64,000 bases of DNA, taken from Prochlorococcus sp. AG-436-E22 (GTDB lineage: Bacteria > Cyanobacteriota > Cyanobacteriia > PCC-6307 > Cyanobiaceae). The translations under genes were made by a program, and so were the position numbers. This document shows, in pieces, positions 39,492 to 50,882 of this stretch. How positions within the stretch are numbered: the stretch's first letter is position 1; every line of letters starts with the position of its first letter. Location: positions 10,597 through 74,596 of the forward strand of contig QCPG01000001.1 in assembly GCA_003212615.1 (NCBI GenBank), written 5' to 3'. The notes under the pieces were generated by a model. That model had not been told where the DNA came from. It saw only the letters and a list, made by a program, of their open reading frames with translations, and did no database searches.

Positions 39492-41381
39492 ATGCTTTTA
39501 AGTGAGTTAAGTCACCCAAATCAACTACATGGCTTAACAGTTTCACAGTTAGAGGAGATTGCTTGTCAAATAAGAGAAAGACATCTTCAAGTAGTATCAA
39601 CTAGTGGAGGCCATCTTGGCCCTGGATTAGGTGTAGTTGAGTTAACTTTGGCTTTGTATCAAACTCTTGATCTTGATTTCGACAAGGTTGTTTGGGATGT
39701 TGGACATCAAGGTTATCCTCATAAATTAATAACAGGTCGTTTCAGTCAATTTGATTCTCTTAGACAACAAAATGGAGTAGCCGGATATCTTAAAAGAAGT
39801 GAAAGTAAATTTGACCATTTTGGTGCAGGTCACGCAAGCACATCTATTTCTGCTGCTTTAGGAATGGCAATAGCAAGAGATAGAAAAGGTGAAAATTACA
39901 AATGTGTCGCTGTTATTGGAGATGGAGCATTAACAGGAGGAATGGCTTTAGAAGCTATAAATCATGCAGGTCACTTACCAAACACTCCCTTGGTTGTAGT
40001 ATTAAACGATAATGATATGTCCATATCCCCTCCGGTTGGAGCACTTTCTTCTTATTTAAATAAGGTAAGACTTAGCCCCCCATTACAATTTCTTTCCGAT
40101 AGTGTACAAGAAAGTGTTAAAAATATTCCTTTAATTGGTAAAGATATTCCAGAAGAACTAAAAAATATTAAAGGAAGCGTTAGAAGATTAGCTGTGCCTA
40201 AAGTTGGAGCTGTTTTTGAAGAACTTGGATTTACATATATGGGTCCTATTGATGGTCATGATATTGAAAATTTAATTAATACATTTAATGCTGCTCATCG
40301 ACTTAAAAAACCTGTACTTGTTCATGTTGTTACAACTAAAGGTAAAGGATACCCTTATGCAGAAGCTGATCAAGTTGGGTACCATGCACAGTCTGCATTT
40401 GATCTGACGACTGGGAAATCTATTCCATCAAAGAAACCAAAGCCTGTTAGCTACAGCAAAATTTTTGGTCAAACTTTATTAAAAATATGTGAACAAGATA
40501 GCAAAGTAATTGGTATTACTGCAGCAATGGCTACAGGTACTGGTTTAGATATATTGCAAAAAAATATCCCTGATCAATATGTCGATGTAGGAATCGCTGA
40601 GCAGCATGCTGTTACTCTTGCAGCTGGCATGTCGTGTGATGGTCTTAAACCTGTCGTAGCTATTTATAGTACTTTCCTTCAACGTGCTTTCGATCAATTA
40701 ATTCATGATGTTGGGATTCAAAATTTACCTGTATCTTTCGTCCTCGATAGAGCTGGAATAGTTGGAGCTGACGGTCCTACTCACCAGGGGCAGTATGATA
40801 TCAGTTATATGAGATCCATTCCAAATTTTGTCTTAATGGCTCCAAAAGATGAATCTGAATTACAGAGAATGTTAATAACATCAATTAACCATAAAGGACC
40901 TACAGCCTTAAGAATACCTAGAGGTTCTGGATTAGGCGTAGCTGTAATGGATGAGGGTTGGGAACCTTTGAATATTGGTGAAGCTGAAATACTAGAAGAG
41001 GGAAATGATATTTTAATTATTGCTTATGGTTCAATGGTCGCTTCAGCTATTGAAACATCAGAGATCCTAAAAGGTATGAACATTAATGCATGTATTGTAA
41101 ATGCAAGATTTGTAAAACCTCTAGATAAAAATCTTATTATCCCTTTAGCAAGTAAGATTCAAAAAGTAGTAACGATGGAAGAAGGAACCTTAATTGGTGG
41201 ATTTGGTTCGGCTATCGTTGAATTGTTTAACGATAATGAAATAAATATTCCTGTTTACAGGATTGGTATACCTGATGTTTTAGTTGATCATGCATCACCT
41301 GATCAGAGTAAAGAAAAGTTAGGTCTTATGCCTGATCAGATGGCAGATAAAATAATTGAGAAATTTAAATTAAATAATTAA
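39492..41381 (+). CDS. dxs: 1-deoxy-D-xylulose-5-phosphate synthase (ATG 39492 preferred)
   Basis: [43 protein letters not shown]. Confidence 0.98.
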   Translation: MLLSELSHPNQLHGLTVSQLEEIACQIRERHLQVVSTSGGHLGPGLGVVELTLALYQTLDLDFDKVVWDVGHQGYPHKLITGRFSQFDSLRQQNGVAGYLKRSESKFDHFGAGHASTSISAALGMAIARDRKGENYKCVAVIGDGALTGGMALEAINHAGHLPNTPLVVVLNDNDMSISPPVGALSSYLNKVRLSPPLQFLSDSVQESVKNIPLIGKDIPEELKNIKGSVRRLAVPKVGAVFEELGFTYMGPIDGHDIENLINTFNAAHRLKKPVLVHVVTTKGKGYPYAEADQVGYHAQSAFDLTTGKSIPSKKPKPVSYSKIFGQTLLKICEQDSKVIGITAAMATGTGLDILQKNIPDQYVDVGIAEQHAVTLAAGMSCDGLKPVVAIYSTFLQRAFDQLIHDVGIQNLPVSFVLDRAGIVGADGPTHQGQYDISYMRSIPNFVLMAPKDESELQRMLITSINHKGPTALRIPRGSGLGVAVMDEGWEPLNIGEAEILEEGNDILIIAYGSMVASAIETSEILKGMNINACIVNARFVKPLDKNLIIPLASKIQKVVTMEEGTLIGGFGSAIVELFNDNEINIPVYRIGIPDVLVDHASPDQSKEKLGLMPDQMADKIIEKFKLNN

Positions 41382-41400
41382 AAATTACTGTAATTAAACT

Positions 41401-41661
41401 CTATAAAACACCCCTTGATGCTAATCCAAGGATGGCACCTATACCGAATATGTGGCCTAGGCAGTTAGCTCCAACAACTGATGCGTGACTTAAACCACCA
41501 TAGAATTTTGAATTAGGTATTTCAAAACCATCATTAGGTTTTTGAATATTTGCTCTAGCTATTGCATAAGCAATACCATTACATGTAATCATTATCATGG
41601 CACATTTTGGAGACCAAGAAAATGTTGCTGGATCTGCAGCTGCAAATAATGTAGTAAGCAT
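41401..41661 (-). CDS. psaK: Photosystem I subunit PsaK
   Basis: WSPK.A.IMI.CN, GHIFGIGAILGLA..G.L. Confidence 0.92.
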   Translation of the reverse strand: MLTTLFAAADPATFSWSPKCAMIMITCNGIAYAIARANIQKPNDGFEIPNSKFYGGLSHASVVGANCLGHIFGIGAILGLASRGVL

Positions 41662-41727
41662 AAAATTACGTTATTTTTATATATTGTCTAATACTTTTAC
41701 CCAAAAAACACAAAATTGTAAAAGGTC

Positions 41728-42063
41728 TTAAGAGTTGTTTACTTCTAAATTATTTAACATTTTTATGAATCCTAATAATATTACAAAATCGGCTAAGGTT
41801 AAGAAAAACTCAGCTGAACCATGTAGAAAGTCAACTTCAACTAGCGTTTGATGATAATAAGTTAGTGACAAAATAGATAATATTATAGTTATAAATACAA
41901 AGAAAATTGTCAAGGAATAGCCTGTTTTTACAAATCTATTGACAGATTTGATTTTGTATAAGTAAAACAAAAATATTGAATATGGAATAATTGAAGCAGC
42001 AAATAATACGTTATTGTCAAAAGTCTCTAATTTTTCTAAAAATCTTAAGAAAAAATTATTCAT
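41728..42063 (-). CDS. DUF3593-family membrane protein
   Basis: LFAAS..PY..FL.YL, VD.LHGSAE.FLTL; follows DUF2499 gene. Confidence 0.8.
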   Translation of the reverse strand: MNNFFLRFLEKLETFDNNVLFAASIIPYSIFLFYLYKIKSVNRFVKTGYSLTIFFVFITIILSILSLTYYHQTLVEVDFLHGSAEFFLTLADFVILLGFIKMLNNLEVNNS

Positions 42064-42358
42064 AATTCAATGATGTTTTGTATATAACAATAGTTGCTAA
42101 AGCTAATGTTGAGTTACCTATAAAAGTCATGATTCCTTGTAGAGTAACTAAACCATATAAAGCTTCTTGATTGTCGTATATGTGCCAAGTAATTGCACAC
42201 ATGGCACTCACTAAATTAGGAATCATAGCTAGGCTTAACCAAAAAAAACATTTATATTTTTCAAAATTACTTATTTTTTTTATTATAAATATTGCATATA
42301 TCCACTCAACGACTGATGAGATATGTATTAACCAAGTTCCAAATGATAATTCGTGCAA
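42056..42358 (-). CDS. DUF2499 / Ycf49-like membrane protein
   Basis: LSFGTWLIHISSVVEW, AMCAITWHIYDN, LVTLQ. Confidence 0.82.
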   Translation of the reverse strand: MHELSFGTWLIHISSVVEWIYAIFIIKKISNFEKYKCFFWLSLAMIPNLVSAMCAITWHIYDNQEALYGLVTLQGIMTFIGNSTLALATIVIYKTSLNYE

Positions 42359-42361
42359 AAC

Positions 42362-42898
42362 TTATATTTTTTTCATTAATACTTTGAGAACTTCATTAGC
42401 ATGATTTATAGGTAAAACACTAATCCATCTATAAGATATTTTTCCATATGGAGAAATCAAAAAAGTATTTCTATCTGAGAATGGCGGAATCCAGGAACCA
42501 TATTTATCACTAATAATACCTTCCGGATCAGATAGTAAAGTATAGTTTATGTTTTTATCACTGCAAAAACCTTCATGAGAATCTTTATTATCAGCACTAA
42601 TACCAACAATTTCTGCATTATATTTTGAAAAATCTTTTTTTAATTCTGAAAAGCCTTTGGCTTCAAGAGTACAACCTGCAGTAAAATCCTTTGGATAAAA
42701 ATACATAACAAGCCACTTACCTTGAAAATCATTTAGTTCCCAAATTTTTTTTGTTTTTATGTTTTTATTAAAACCTTCCAGCTGAAAATTTGGAGCTAAA
42801 TCACCAACTTCAGGAGCAAAGTCAAAAGCTAATGCTGAATTACAATTAAATAAAAGAAAAAATGATATTAATATACTTTTAACTAAATTTCTCATCAA
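42362..42898 (-). CDS. Peroxiredoxin (PrxQ/BCP type) with N-terminal signal-like segment
   Basis: YFYPKDFTAGCTLEA, GISAD, RNTFLI. Confidence 0.9.
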   Translation of the reverse strand: MMRNLVKSILISFFLLFNCNSALAFDFAPEVGDLAPNFQLEGFNKNIKTKKIWELNDFQGKWLVMYFYPKDFTAGCTLEAKGFSELKKDFSKYNAEIVGISADNKDSHEGFCSDKNINYTLLSDPEGIISDKYGSWIPPFSDRNTFLISPYGKISYRWISVLPINHANEVLKVLMKKI

Positions 42899-42900
42899 AT

Positions 42901-43137
42901 TTAGAATTTTTTTAAATCAACTCCATTTGATTTAGCAAATTTATCTAGACCTATTTTTTGTATAGATTTTAGAGCTTTGGTACTAATTTTTATATTTACC
43001 CATTTTTTTCCTTCTTCCCACCAAAGTCTTCTTTTTTGTAGGTTAACTTGTTGTAATTTTTTTGTACGAATATGTGAGTGGCTTACAGCCATCCCGTTAT
43101 TAGCTTTAGCACCAGTCAGTTCGCAAACTCTTGACAT
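42901..43137 (-). CDS. rpmB: 50S ribosomal protein L28
   Basis: [23 protein letters not shown]. Confidence 0.97.
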   Translation of the reverse strand: MSRVCELTGAKANNGMAVSHSHIRTKKLQQVNLQKRRLWWEEGKKWVNIKISTKALKSIQKIGLDKFAKSNGVDLKKF

Positions 43138-43178
43138 GTTTTTTTGAGTTTATATCTTTAAAAATTTTAACACACGAC

Positions 43179-45083
43179 TTATGTTGTTGAACTAAGCAAT
43201 TCTGAAATTAATTCAGCATTATTGTTTTGTAAATTAATTATCTGTTCTTGATCTAATCCACCAACCGATAGTTTTGCCATATCATAAACGTGATTGGCGA
43301 TTTTAGATGCCAATGGATTTTCAACAGGATCTTTTTTATCAACAATTATTTTATTTCCTGTAAGTTTATTGAGGCCAACAATAAGTGGATGTTCTTTATT
43401 AATTAATAGAACATGATATTCGGGTAAGCCAGGCATCTTTTGTTCCATGTAAGCACCCATATCATTAATTCTTCTCATTTGCTCTGGAAGCAAGATCATT
43501 GCAGGGGGAGCTCCTTTGCTTGAAAGTGACTGAACTTTAACTGTTACCTTTTCATTGTTAAGTGCCTTAACTATGGTATCTCTAAGATTTTCTGTATTTG
43601 ATTTACCATCCTTATCTACAATTTCTTTTGATTCCTTATCATCTAGCTCATTGATTTCTGAATCAACTCTTTGGAATTGATAATCTTCGTTTTTACTTTC
43701 TAACCATGGGAGAAATTGTGCATCTATTAAGGGATCTGATTTAATAACTTCTTTGTTATCAGATAAACAGATATTTAATGCACTTGACTGAGCAATTAAA
43801 TCTGAACAGTAAATTATCTTTTTAGAATCTGTTATCTTGTTTCGTTCTTTGTAATTTGCGAGAGTTGTGAAATACTTATCATTGGATTTGATAAGGGATT
43901 TGTTTTCAATATCCTTAGTTACGTCTTTGTCTGAATTGATGATTGTTTCGAAAATTATACTGTTATCAACTAAATCAGCAAATTTTTCATCTTCGATAGC
44001 ACCAATTTTAATAAAAGCGGAGATGGAATCCCAAATTTCTGCATAAAACTCTGAAGAATTTTTTATCAAATCCTTCAATTTATTTGCAATTTTTTTTGAG
44101 ATAAATGATGATATTGACCTTACTTTTCTATCTGTTTGCAAGGCACTTCTACTGACATTTAACGGTATGTCTGTAGAATCAATAACTCCTCTAAGAGGTA
44201 AAAGGTATTTTGGTACTATCTCTTTAATTGAATCGCTTACGAAAACTTGATTGCAAAATAGTTTAATTTCTCCCTTTTCCCAATCAGCTCTACCAGACAA
44301 CTTAGGAAAATACAATATCCCTTGTATGTCATATGGATAATCTGTATTTAGATGAATCCATAACAGTGGATCTCCCTGAAAAGGGTAAAGGTATTTATAT
44401 AACTCAATATAATCTTCATCATTTAATTCATTAGGTTGTTTTCTCCAAGGAGGATTTTTCTTATTAATTGTCTCACCTTCTAATAAGACATCTATTTGCA
44501 TAAAATCACAATATTTTTTAATTAATGATTTAATCCTTTCAGGCTCAATAAACTCTTTTTCTTCTTCTAGCAAATGAAGTATCACATCTGTACCAATTGT
44601 TTCTCTTCCTGATTCCTCTAACGTGAAATTTGGCGATCCATCACAAGACCATTTGAAAGCTTTTGATTCCCCAATCGCTGATTTAGTTAAAATATCTACT
44701 CTATCTGCAACCATGAAACTTGAATAAAAACCAAGTCCAAAGTGACCTATAAATTCATCATTATCTTTTTTGTATTTTGTTAGGAATTCTTCTGCACTTG
44801 AGAAGGCTACTTGGTTTATATACTTCTTAATTTCTTCATCATTCATTCCAATTCCATTATCAGAAATAGTTAGGGTATTTTTCTCACGGTCAATAGATAT
44901 TTTTACTTGAGCTTCCTCAGTATCTTCGCATTCTCCTGCCATAGAGGCCATTCTTCGTTTACTTATTGCATCAACACCGTTACTAACAAGTTCTCTTAAA
45001 AATATTTCATGGTCAGAATATACCGCCTTTTTGATAATTGGGAATATATTTTCAGTATTAATACGAATTTCGCCTTTTTCCAT
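43179..45083 (-). CDS. htpG: Molecular chaperone HtpG (Hsp90)
   Basis: IFLRELVSN, DNGIGM, IGHFGLGFYS, PLNVSRS. Confidence 0.97.
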   Translation of the reverse strand: MEKGEIRINTENIFPIIKKAVYSDHEIFLRELVSNGVDAISKRRMASMAGECEDTEEAQVKISIDREKNTLTISDNGIGMNDEEIKKYINQVAFSSAEEFLTKYKKDNDEFIGHFGLGFYSSFMVADRVDILTKSAIGESKAFKWSCDGSPNFTLEESGRETIGTDVILHLLEEEKEFIEPERIKSLIKKYCDFMQIDVLLEGETINKKNPPWRKQPNELNDEDYIELYKYLYPFQGDPLLWIHLNTDYPYDIQGILYFPKLSGRADWEKGEIKLFCNQVFVSDSIKEIVPKYLLPLRGVIDSTDIPLNVSRSALQTDRKVRSISSFISKKIANKLKDLIKNSSEFYAEIWDSISAFIKIGAIEDEKFADLVDNSIIFETIINSDKDVTKDIENKSLIKSNDKYFTTLANYKERNKITDSKKIIYCSDLIAQSSALNICLSDNKEVIKSDPLIDAQFLPWLESKNEDYQFQRVDSEINELDDKESKEIVDKDGKSNTENLRDTIVKALNNEKVTVKVQSLSSKGAPPAMILLPEQMRRINDMGAYMEQKMPGLPEYHVLLINKEHPLIVGLNKLTGNKIIVDKKDPVENPLASKIANHVYDMAKLSVGGLDQEQIINLQNNNAELISELLSSTT

Positions 45084-45154
45084 TAAAAAAAAAATTAAAC
45101 ATTTAAATCCTATTTCCTTAAAACTAGTTAATCAAGTTTAATTAGGAGTATTGT

Positions 45155-45160
45155 CCGTAC
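45155..45160 (-). promoter_or_regulatory. Possible Rre1/K-box core motif (GTACGG) upstream of htpG
   Basis: GTACGGACAA on minus strand about 72 nt upstream of htpG in a very AT-rich spacer; short motif, weak evidence. Confidence 0.3.
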
Positions 45161-45199
45161 AAAAATAAATTAATAACTTAAATCAATTTTTAAAATGTT

Positions 45200-46351
45200 T
45201 TATTTAACCCACAAAATCTCAGTACAATTATTTTCTATCATTATTTGATTGGCTTTAGCCAAGTCTTCACATGGATTTAAATATAAGACAGCAATATTTC
45301 CTCTTTTCTGTTGTTCTTTTTGTTCATTCATACCTTTTTCTAACAAATATGACTCTTTAAATATTAACAAAATCTTTTTTTTATCTGTCTTTTCTTCCTT
45401 AATTAAAGTTCTTAAAATATCTATTGAAATTGTAAATCCAATCCCATTTAAGATTTTCTCATTAGGACTAAGGAATCTTACTAATTCATCATATCTTCCG
45501 CCTTTTGCTATCACGGTTTTATTTTTACCATTATCCCCTATTAGTTGGAATACTATTCCTTCATATAAATTCAAGTGAGGTTGAAACGTTGGATCAAGTT
45601 GTAATTTAACACCATATTTATTTGATATTTTTGATAATGTTTCAAATAAAAAATTTAAATCATCTAAAGTTTTACTAGTACCGTATATACTTTTCAATTT
45701 TTTTAATATTTCAATTGGTTCTCCTCTTGTGAATAAGAGATCTTTAAGTATATATTTATCGTCTTCATCAATTCCTAATTTAGATAAATTATCTTGGTCA
45801 AAATTAACCAGACTTTTCTTAATTTCTTCAAAATTATTATTCTTATATTTATTTAAGATCAAGTCCATTATTTTTGTTGTACTAACTAGTAGAAATAAAT
45901 TACAACCATCCTGCAAATTAATATTATCTATTGCATCAAATAATATATTAATAACTTCAATTTCTGGGTATTTTGTATCATATCCAATTAATTCAATCCC
46001 ACTCTGCAGTTTCTCTTGCAACTTAAATGAATTTTTATTATTTTGTTTCTTATCAAAGACCATTCCATTGGTGAATAATCTTATAGGTCTTTTCTTATTA
46101 ATTAATCTAGTAGATGACAATTTGACTATAGATGTTGTCATTTCTGGCCTTAGACATAATGAATTATTACTAACTATTCCCACCACTTGATTTTCATCAA
46201 TAACACCGCGTCCTTTTATAGTTTCTAAAGTGTTAATAAATGAAGGTGATACTTCTTCATAGCCCCATAGTTTATAAATACTATTTAAATTATTTATGAT
46301 ATTAGAGTTATTCTTTACATCTACTAATTTAATTTCTTTTATATCTGTCAT
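45200..46351 (-). CDS. hisZ: ATP phosphoribosyltransferase regulatory subunit HisZ
   Basis: HisRS-like WGYEEV, LRPEMT, Q.GIELIG, YEGIVF, GGRYD. Confidence 0.88.
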   Translation of the reverse strand: MTDIKEIKLVDVKNNSNIINNLNSIYKLWGYEEVSPSFINTLETIKGRGVIDENQVVGIVSNNSLCLRPEMTTSIVKLSSTRLINKKRPIRLFTNGMVFDKKQNNKNSFKLQEKLQSGIELIGYDTKYPEIEVINILFDAIDNINLQDGCNLFLLVSTTKIMDLILNKYKNNNFEEIKKSLVNFDQDNLSKLGIDEDDKYILKDLLFTRGEPIEILKKLKSIYGTSKTLDDLNFLFETLSKISNKYGVKLQLDPTFQPHLNLYEGIVFQLIGDNGKNKTVIAKGGRYDELVRFLSPNEKILNGIGFTISIDILRTLIKEEKTDKKKILLIFKESYLLEKGMNEQKEQQKRGNIAVLYLNPCEDLAKANQIMIENNCTEILWVK

Positions 46352-46368
46352 TTTAATATTTAAAATTT

Positions 46369-47217
46369 TTAGCTATAGAGATTTTCTTTAAATGGAGAAA
46401 CTTTATCTAGTTCATTTTTTAATTCATTCTCAAGGCTGGGAGAGCATGCAAGAATTCTTCCAGAATTTAAATTAAATTCGCCTGCTGGATAATCAGAAAT
46501 AATTCCTCCAGCCTCTTTAACAATAATAGCACCGGCAGCTAGGTCCCATACCTCTAATCCTCTTTCCCAGTATCCATCTACTTTACCTGCAGCAACAAAT
46601 GCTAGATCAACTGCGGCAGCTCCTCCTCTTCTAACTCCTCTAGTTTTATGTGTTAAATAACAAAATTCAGCATAATTATTATCCTCTGTCTCAAATCTGT
46701 CATAGGAAAAACCAGTTACAAGTAAACTATCAGAAAGATTACGAGGACTCGATACTTTAAGTTCACTATTATTGCAGAATGATCCTAAACCAATACAAGC
46801 TGAATATAGTTCATTTAAATAAGGTACTGATATAGCCCCTATGATTGGCTTGTTTTTATATACAAGAGCAATAGAAGTTCCAAAAAAAGGATAACCATGG
46901 GAATAATTTGTTGTACCGTCTAATGGGTCTATACACCATGTCAAATCGGAGGATTTATTTAATTTCCCCGATTCCTCTGCATTGATAGATATGTTTGGTG
47001 TCTCTTCTAATAAATATTCTTTTATTTTATTTTCAACTTCTAAATCTACATTGGTTACAAGATCACCTTTCCTACCTTTTGATGATATTTTTTGAATTTT
47101 ATTGTAATTAATTTTTAGAATTTCATTACCAATTTGAGCTGAGTTTTTGGCGATTTCATACAACCTGGATAAGTTTATTTGATTCGAAAGTTTATCTATT
47201 TCAATTAGTTTGAACAT
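46369..47217 (-). CDS. suhB: Inositol monophosphatase family protein
   Basis: WCIDPLDGTTNY, RRGGAAA.DL, WDLAAG. Confidence 0.9.
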   Translation of the reverse strand: MFKLIEIDKLSNQINLSRLYEIAKNSAQIGNEILKINYNKIQKISSKGRKGDLVTNVDLEVENKIKEYLLEETPNISINAEESGKLNKSSDLTWCIDPLDGTTNYSHGYPFFGTSIALVYKNKPIIGAISVPYLNELYSACIGLGSFCNNSELKVSSPRNLSDSLLVTGFSYDRFETEDNNYAEFCYLTHKTRGVRRGGAAAVDLAFVAAGKVDGYWERGLEVWDLAAGAIIVKEAGGIISDYPAGEFNLNSGRILACSPSLENELKNELDKVSPFKENLYS

Positions 47218-47222
47218 GATGA

Positions 47223-47597
47223 TTAATCTTCCTCAAATTCCCAAGGTGGAGCAACTCTTGTATTCCCCCTTCCAAAATACTGTCCAAATTGTAAATCATA
47301 AACTTCATCTTCGTAAGTTGTTTCCACCTCGAGATCTCCAGTGGCTTTAGCGACACAAAGAAGTGCATAGCCTTTCTTCTTTAGTGCTTGAGATACCCCC
47401 ATGGCTTCAGGTTGTTGCAACGATCCAGATATTATTTTAACTGCACAACTTGTACAGCAACCATTTCTACATGAAAATGGCAGCTTAAAACCTTTCTTTT
47501 CAAATTCCTTAAGAATATACTCATCACTATTAACCAGCTCTTGGTAGATCTTACCTGTTTCTTTATTTTTAATCGTGACTGTGAAAGTCTTGTTCAA
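47223..47597 (-). CDS. Plant-type 2Fe-2S ferredoxin (C-terminally extended)
   Basis: PFSCRNGCCTSC...LLC; EDEVYDLQFG tail. Confidence 0.92.
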   Translation of the reverse strand: MNKTFTVTIKNKETGKIYQELVNSDEYILKEFEKKGFKLPFSCRNGCCTSCAVKIISGSLQQPEAMGVSQALKKKGYALLCVAKATGDLEVETTYEDEVYDLQFGQYFGRGNTRVAPPWEFEED

Positions 47598-47646
47598 ATA
47601 ACTTTCCTCAAAAATTGGTTGATAAAGGGTTAAAGTGGTATTGTTT

Positions 47647-47733
47647 GGAGAGGTGGCCGAGTGGTTGAAGGCGCAGCACTGGAAATGCTGTATAGGGGCA
47701 ACTTTATCGAGGGTTCGAATCCCTCTCTCTCCG
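47647..47733 (+). tRNA. tRNA-Ser(GGA)
   Basis: Acceptor GGAGAGG/TCTCTCC-G, D loop GGCCGAGTGGTTGAAGGC, anticodon arm CAGCA-CTGGAAA-TGCTG, long variable arm, GGTTCGAATCC; CCA not encoded. Confidence 0.97.
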
Positions 47734-47945
47734 TTTTATATTAGTTTATTTTGGTTAATTACATCAACAATTTTGTATATATGATAATTTAAAATAAATA
47801 GTAAACAATTAGAAAAGTTATAAATAACCTTATTTATTTAAAATAAGTTGAAAATATTTGATTTTTACTATTATATGTAAATATCTTAAGATAAAAATCA
47901 ATTAAATTATTAGTAAATTTTGCTTTAATTTAGCGATCTAAAATC

Positions 47946-49943
47946 ATGGGGCAAATAGTTGGAATTGATTTAGGTACTACTAACTCTGTTGTAGGAGTTA
48001 TAGAAGCTGGTCGGCCAATTGTAATTGCTAATTCTGAAGGATCTAGAACAACACCTTCAATAGTAGGATTTACAAAAGACAAAGAAATAGTAATAGGTGA
48101 CCAAGCAAGAAGACAACTTGTTTTAAATCCAAAGAATACATTTTATAACTTAAAAAGATTCATTGGTAGCGACTGGGATGAACTAGATGAAACGAGTATA
48201 TCTGTTCCGTATAATGTCAAAGCAAATAATAGTGGAAGTGTTAGGGTTCTTAGTCCAAATACTGAAAGAGAGTATGCCCCTGAAGAGTTAGTGAGCTCAT
48301 TGATTAGAAAATTAATTAATGATGCTGAAACATATCTTGGAGATACTGTTGACTCTGCTGTTATTACAGTCCCTGCTTATTTTAATGAATCACAAAGGCA
48401 AGCTACAAAAGATTCTGCAATATTAGCTGGTATCAAAGTAGATAGAATCCTGAATGAACCCACTGCAGCTGCTTTAGCTTATGGTTTTGAAAAAAGCTCC
48501 TCTAATAATGTTTTGGTTTTTGATTTAGGGGGAGGCACATTTGATGTTTCATTATTAAAAATTTCTAATGGTGTATTTGATGTTAAAGCAACTTGTGGAG
48601 ATACCCAACTGGGAGGAAACAATTTTGACTCAAAAATAGTAGATTGGCTTGCTGAAAAATTTCTTGCTAAACATGATATTGATCTAAGAAGGGATAGACA
48701 AGCATTGCAGAGATTAACTGAAGCTGCTGAAAAAGCTAAATGTGAATTATCAGGATTGCTAAAAACAAAAATATCATTACCTTTTATAACCACAAGTAAA
48801 GAGGGACCATTACATATTGAAGAGACCATTGATAGAAAAAAGTTTGAATCATTATCTCAAGATCTATTAGACAGATTATTAGAGCCTGTTCAAATAGCTT
48901 TAGATGACTCTGGATGGAACGCAAAAGATATTGATGAGGTGGTTCTTGTCGGAGGCAGCACAAGAATCCCAATGGTTCAACAATTAGTCAAGACTCTTGT
49001 TCCTAATGATCCCTGTCAATCTGTTAATCCAGATGAAGTAGTTGCAGTTGGTGCTGCAATTCAATCAGGAATAATTAGTGGTCATTTACAAGATTTACTT
49101 TTAAATGATGTTACACCCTTATCTTTAGGTTTAGAAACTATTGGTGGACTTATGAAGGTACTTATTCCACGTAATACACCTATACCAGTTAGACAATCTG
49201 ATGTTTTTAGTACATCAGAAGCTAATCAATCTTCAGTTGTTGTTCAAGTAAGGCAAGGTGAAAGGCCATTAGCATCTGAAAACAAATCACTTGGTAAATT
49301 TAGGTTGTCAGGAATACCTCCAGCACCTAGAGGAATCCCACAAGTTCAGGTAGCATTTGATATTGATGCTAATGGTCTTTTAGAAGTTAGTGCAACTGAT
49401 AGAACAACTGGAAGAAAGCAAGCAGTTACAATTTCTGGAGGCTCTAATTTAAATGAACAAGAAATTAATTCGATAATTGAAGAAGCTAAATCAAAAGCTA
49501 ATGAAGATAGAAAGAGGAGATCAGTTATTGATAGAAAAAATAGTGCTTTAACTCTTATTGCGCAAGCAGAGAGAAGGCTGAGAGATGCTTCTTTAGAATT
49601 TGGTCCTTATGGAGCTGAAAGACAACAACGAGCTGTTGAATTAGCCATTCAAGATGTAGAAGAATACATAGATGATGATGATCCTCAAGAATTAGAAATT
49701 TCTGTAAGTGCTCTCCAAGAAGCATTATTTGGTTTAAACAGAAAATTTGCAGCAGAAAGGAAAACTGATAATAATCCATTACAAGGTATTAAAAATACAT
49801 TTGGATCATTAAAGGATGAACTTTTTTCAGATGAATACTGGGATGATGACCCATGGGATAACCAAATGAATAGAAATTATAGAAATTCGAGGTATGGTAA
49901 CTCTAGGGATGATGATCCATGGGACAATGACTATTACCTCTAA
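47946..49943 (+). CDS. dnaK: Molecular chaperone DnaK (DnaK3-like, acidic/aromatic tail)
   Basis: [33 protein letters not shown]; tail with two DDDPWD repeats; coupled to dnaJ. Confidence 0.97.
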   Translation: MGQIVGIDLGTTNSVVGVIEAGRPIVIANSEGSRTTPSIVGFTKDKEIVIGDQARRQLVLNPKNTFYNLKRFIGSDWDELDETSISVPYNVKANNSGSVRVLSPNTEREYAPEELVSSLIRKLINDAETYLGDTVDSAVITVPAYFNESQRQATKDSAILAGIKVDRILNEPTAAALAYGFEKSSSNNVLVFDLGGGTFDVSLLKISNGVFDVKATCGDTQLGGNNFDSKIVDWLAEKFLAKHDIDLRRDRQALQRLTEAAEKAKCELSGLLKTKISLPFITTSKEGPLHIEETIDRKKFESLSQDLLDRLLEPVQIALDDSGWNAKDIDEVVLVGGSTRIPMVQQLVKTLVPNDPCQSVNPDEVVAVGAAIQSGIISGHLQDLLLNDVTPLSLGLETIGGLMKVLIPRNTPIPVRQSDVFSTSEANQSSVVVQVRQGERPLASENKSLGKFRLSGIPPAPRGIPQVQVAFDIDANGLLEVSATDRTTGRKQAVTISGGSNLNEQEINSIIEEAKSKANEDRKRRSVIDRKNSALTLIAQAERRLRDASLEFGPYGAERQQRAVELAIQDVEEYIDDDDPQELEISVSALQEALFGLNRKFAAERKTDNNPLQGIKNTFGSLKDELFSDEYWDDDPWDNQMNRNYRNSRYGNSRDDDPWDNDYYL

Positions 49944-50853
49944 TAAAGACTATTTGTCAATTTTGGGTTTATCCCATGATTTCGACGATAAAGAACTTAA
50001 AAAGGCCTTTCGAAGAGAAGCTAGAAAATGGCATCCAGATTTAAATAAAAATGATCTTAATGCAGAAGAAAGATTTAAATTAATTAACGAAGCTTACGAA
50101 TACTTACGTGATCCAAAAAAAAGAAATGTTAGTTCGGATATAAATTCTGAGGATAATTACGAAAATAAGAATTTCAAAACAGGTTTTCCTGATTTTCATG
50201 TTTATCTTAATTCATTATTTGGATATGAATATAACGCAGAGAATTATGATGAATACAATAATGAACCATTTGAGGATGAATCCATAAATATAGGTAATGA
50301 TGAATTTAATAATTATGAATACCCTGCAACCTCTCCAGAAGAACCACCTCCAGTTAAACTCTACCAAGATATTGAAACAATTATTGAATTAACTCCTGAT
50401 GAGGCCTTATATGGAGCTTCAATTTTAATAGAGCTTGAAGATGAAACTGTAGTTGAAGTTGATACACCTCCATTTGCTGGTGATGGATGGCGATTAAGAC
50501 TTGAAAATATAGCAAGAGGAGGAAAAGATCATTATCTACAGTTAAAAGTTCAAACGGAAAGTGGTCTAAGAATTGATGGATTAAGAGTTCTTTATAAATT
50601 AGAATTATTTCCTCATGATGCTCTGCTAGGTTGTGCAGTAGAGGTTCCTACCCTTGATGGAAATGTCACACTTCAAGTCCCTCCAAAATCATCTACCGGA
50701 AGAATGTTACGTTTGAAAGGTAGGGGTTTAACTTATGAAGATAATGTAGGTGATCAATATGTTGAAATTTTGGTGGTCATACCTGCAGATATTAATGATG
50801 AAGAAATTGCTTTATATACAAGATTACAAGAACTATCACTTTCTGATTCTTAA
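49927..50853 (+). CDS. dnaJ: DnaJ-family co-chaperone (type II, no Zn finger; ATG 49927 preferred)
   Basis: J domain KWHPD, AEERFKLINEAYE; C-terminal VEVPTLDG, LRLKGRG. Confidence 0.9.
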   Translation: MTITSNKDYLSILGLSHDFDDKELKKAFRREARKWHPDLNKNDLNAEERFKLINEAYEYLRDPKKRNVSSDINSEDNYENKNFKTGFPDFHVYLNSLFGYEYNAENYDEYNNEPFEDESINIGNDEFNNYEYPATSPEEPPPVKLYQDIETIIELTPDEALYGASILIELEDETVVEVDTPPFAGDGWRLRLENIARGGKDHYLQLKVQTESGLRIDGLRVLYKLELFPHDALLGCAVEVPTLDGNVTLQVPPKSSTGRMLRLKGRGLTYEDNVGDQYVEILVVIPADINDEEIALYTRLQELSLSDS

Positions 50854-50882
50854 TCAAATATTATATAAATAGAAAAAAATCG

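Noticed and set aside
45148-45160. GTA-N7-TAC upstream of htpG as an NtcA site
   Set aside because: Spacer is 7 nt rather than the required 8.
47734-47945. tRNA-Ser 3' flank as an integration site or genomic island
   Set aside because: Only about 210 nt of AT-rich spacer before dnaK; no integrase, duplicated tRNA 3' end or foreign genes seen, so the site looks empty.
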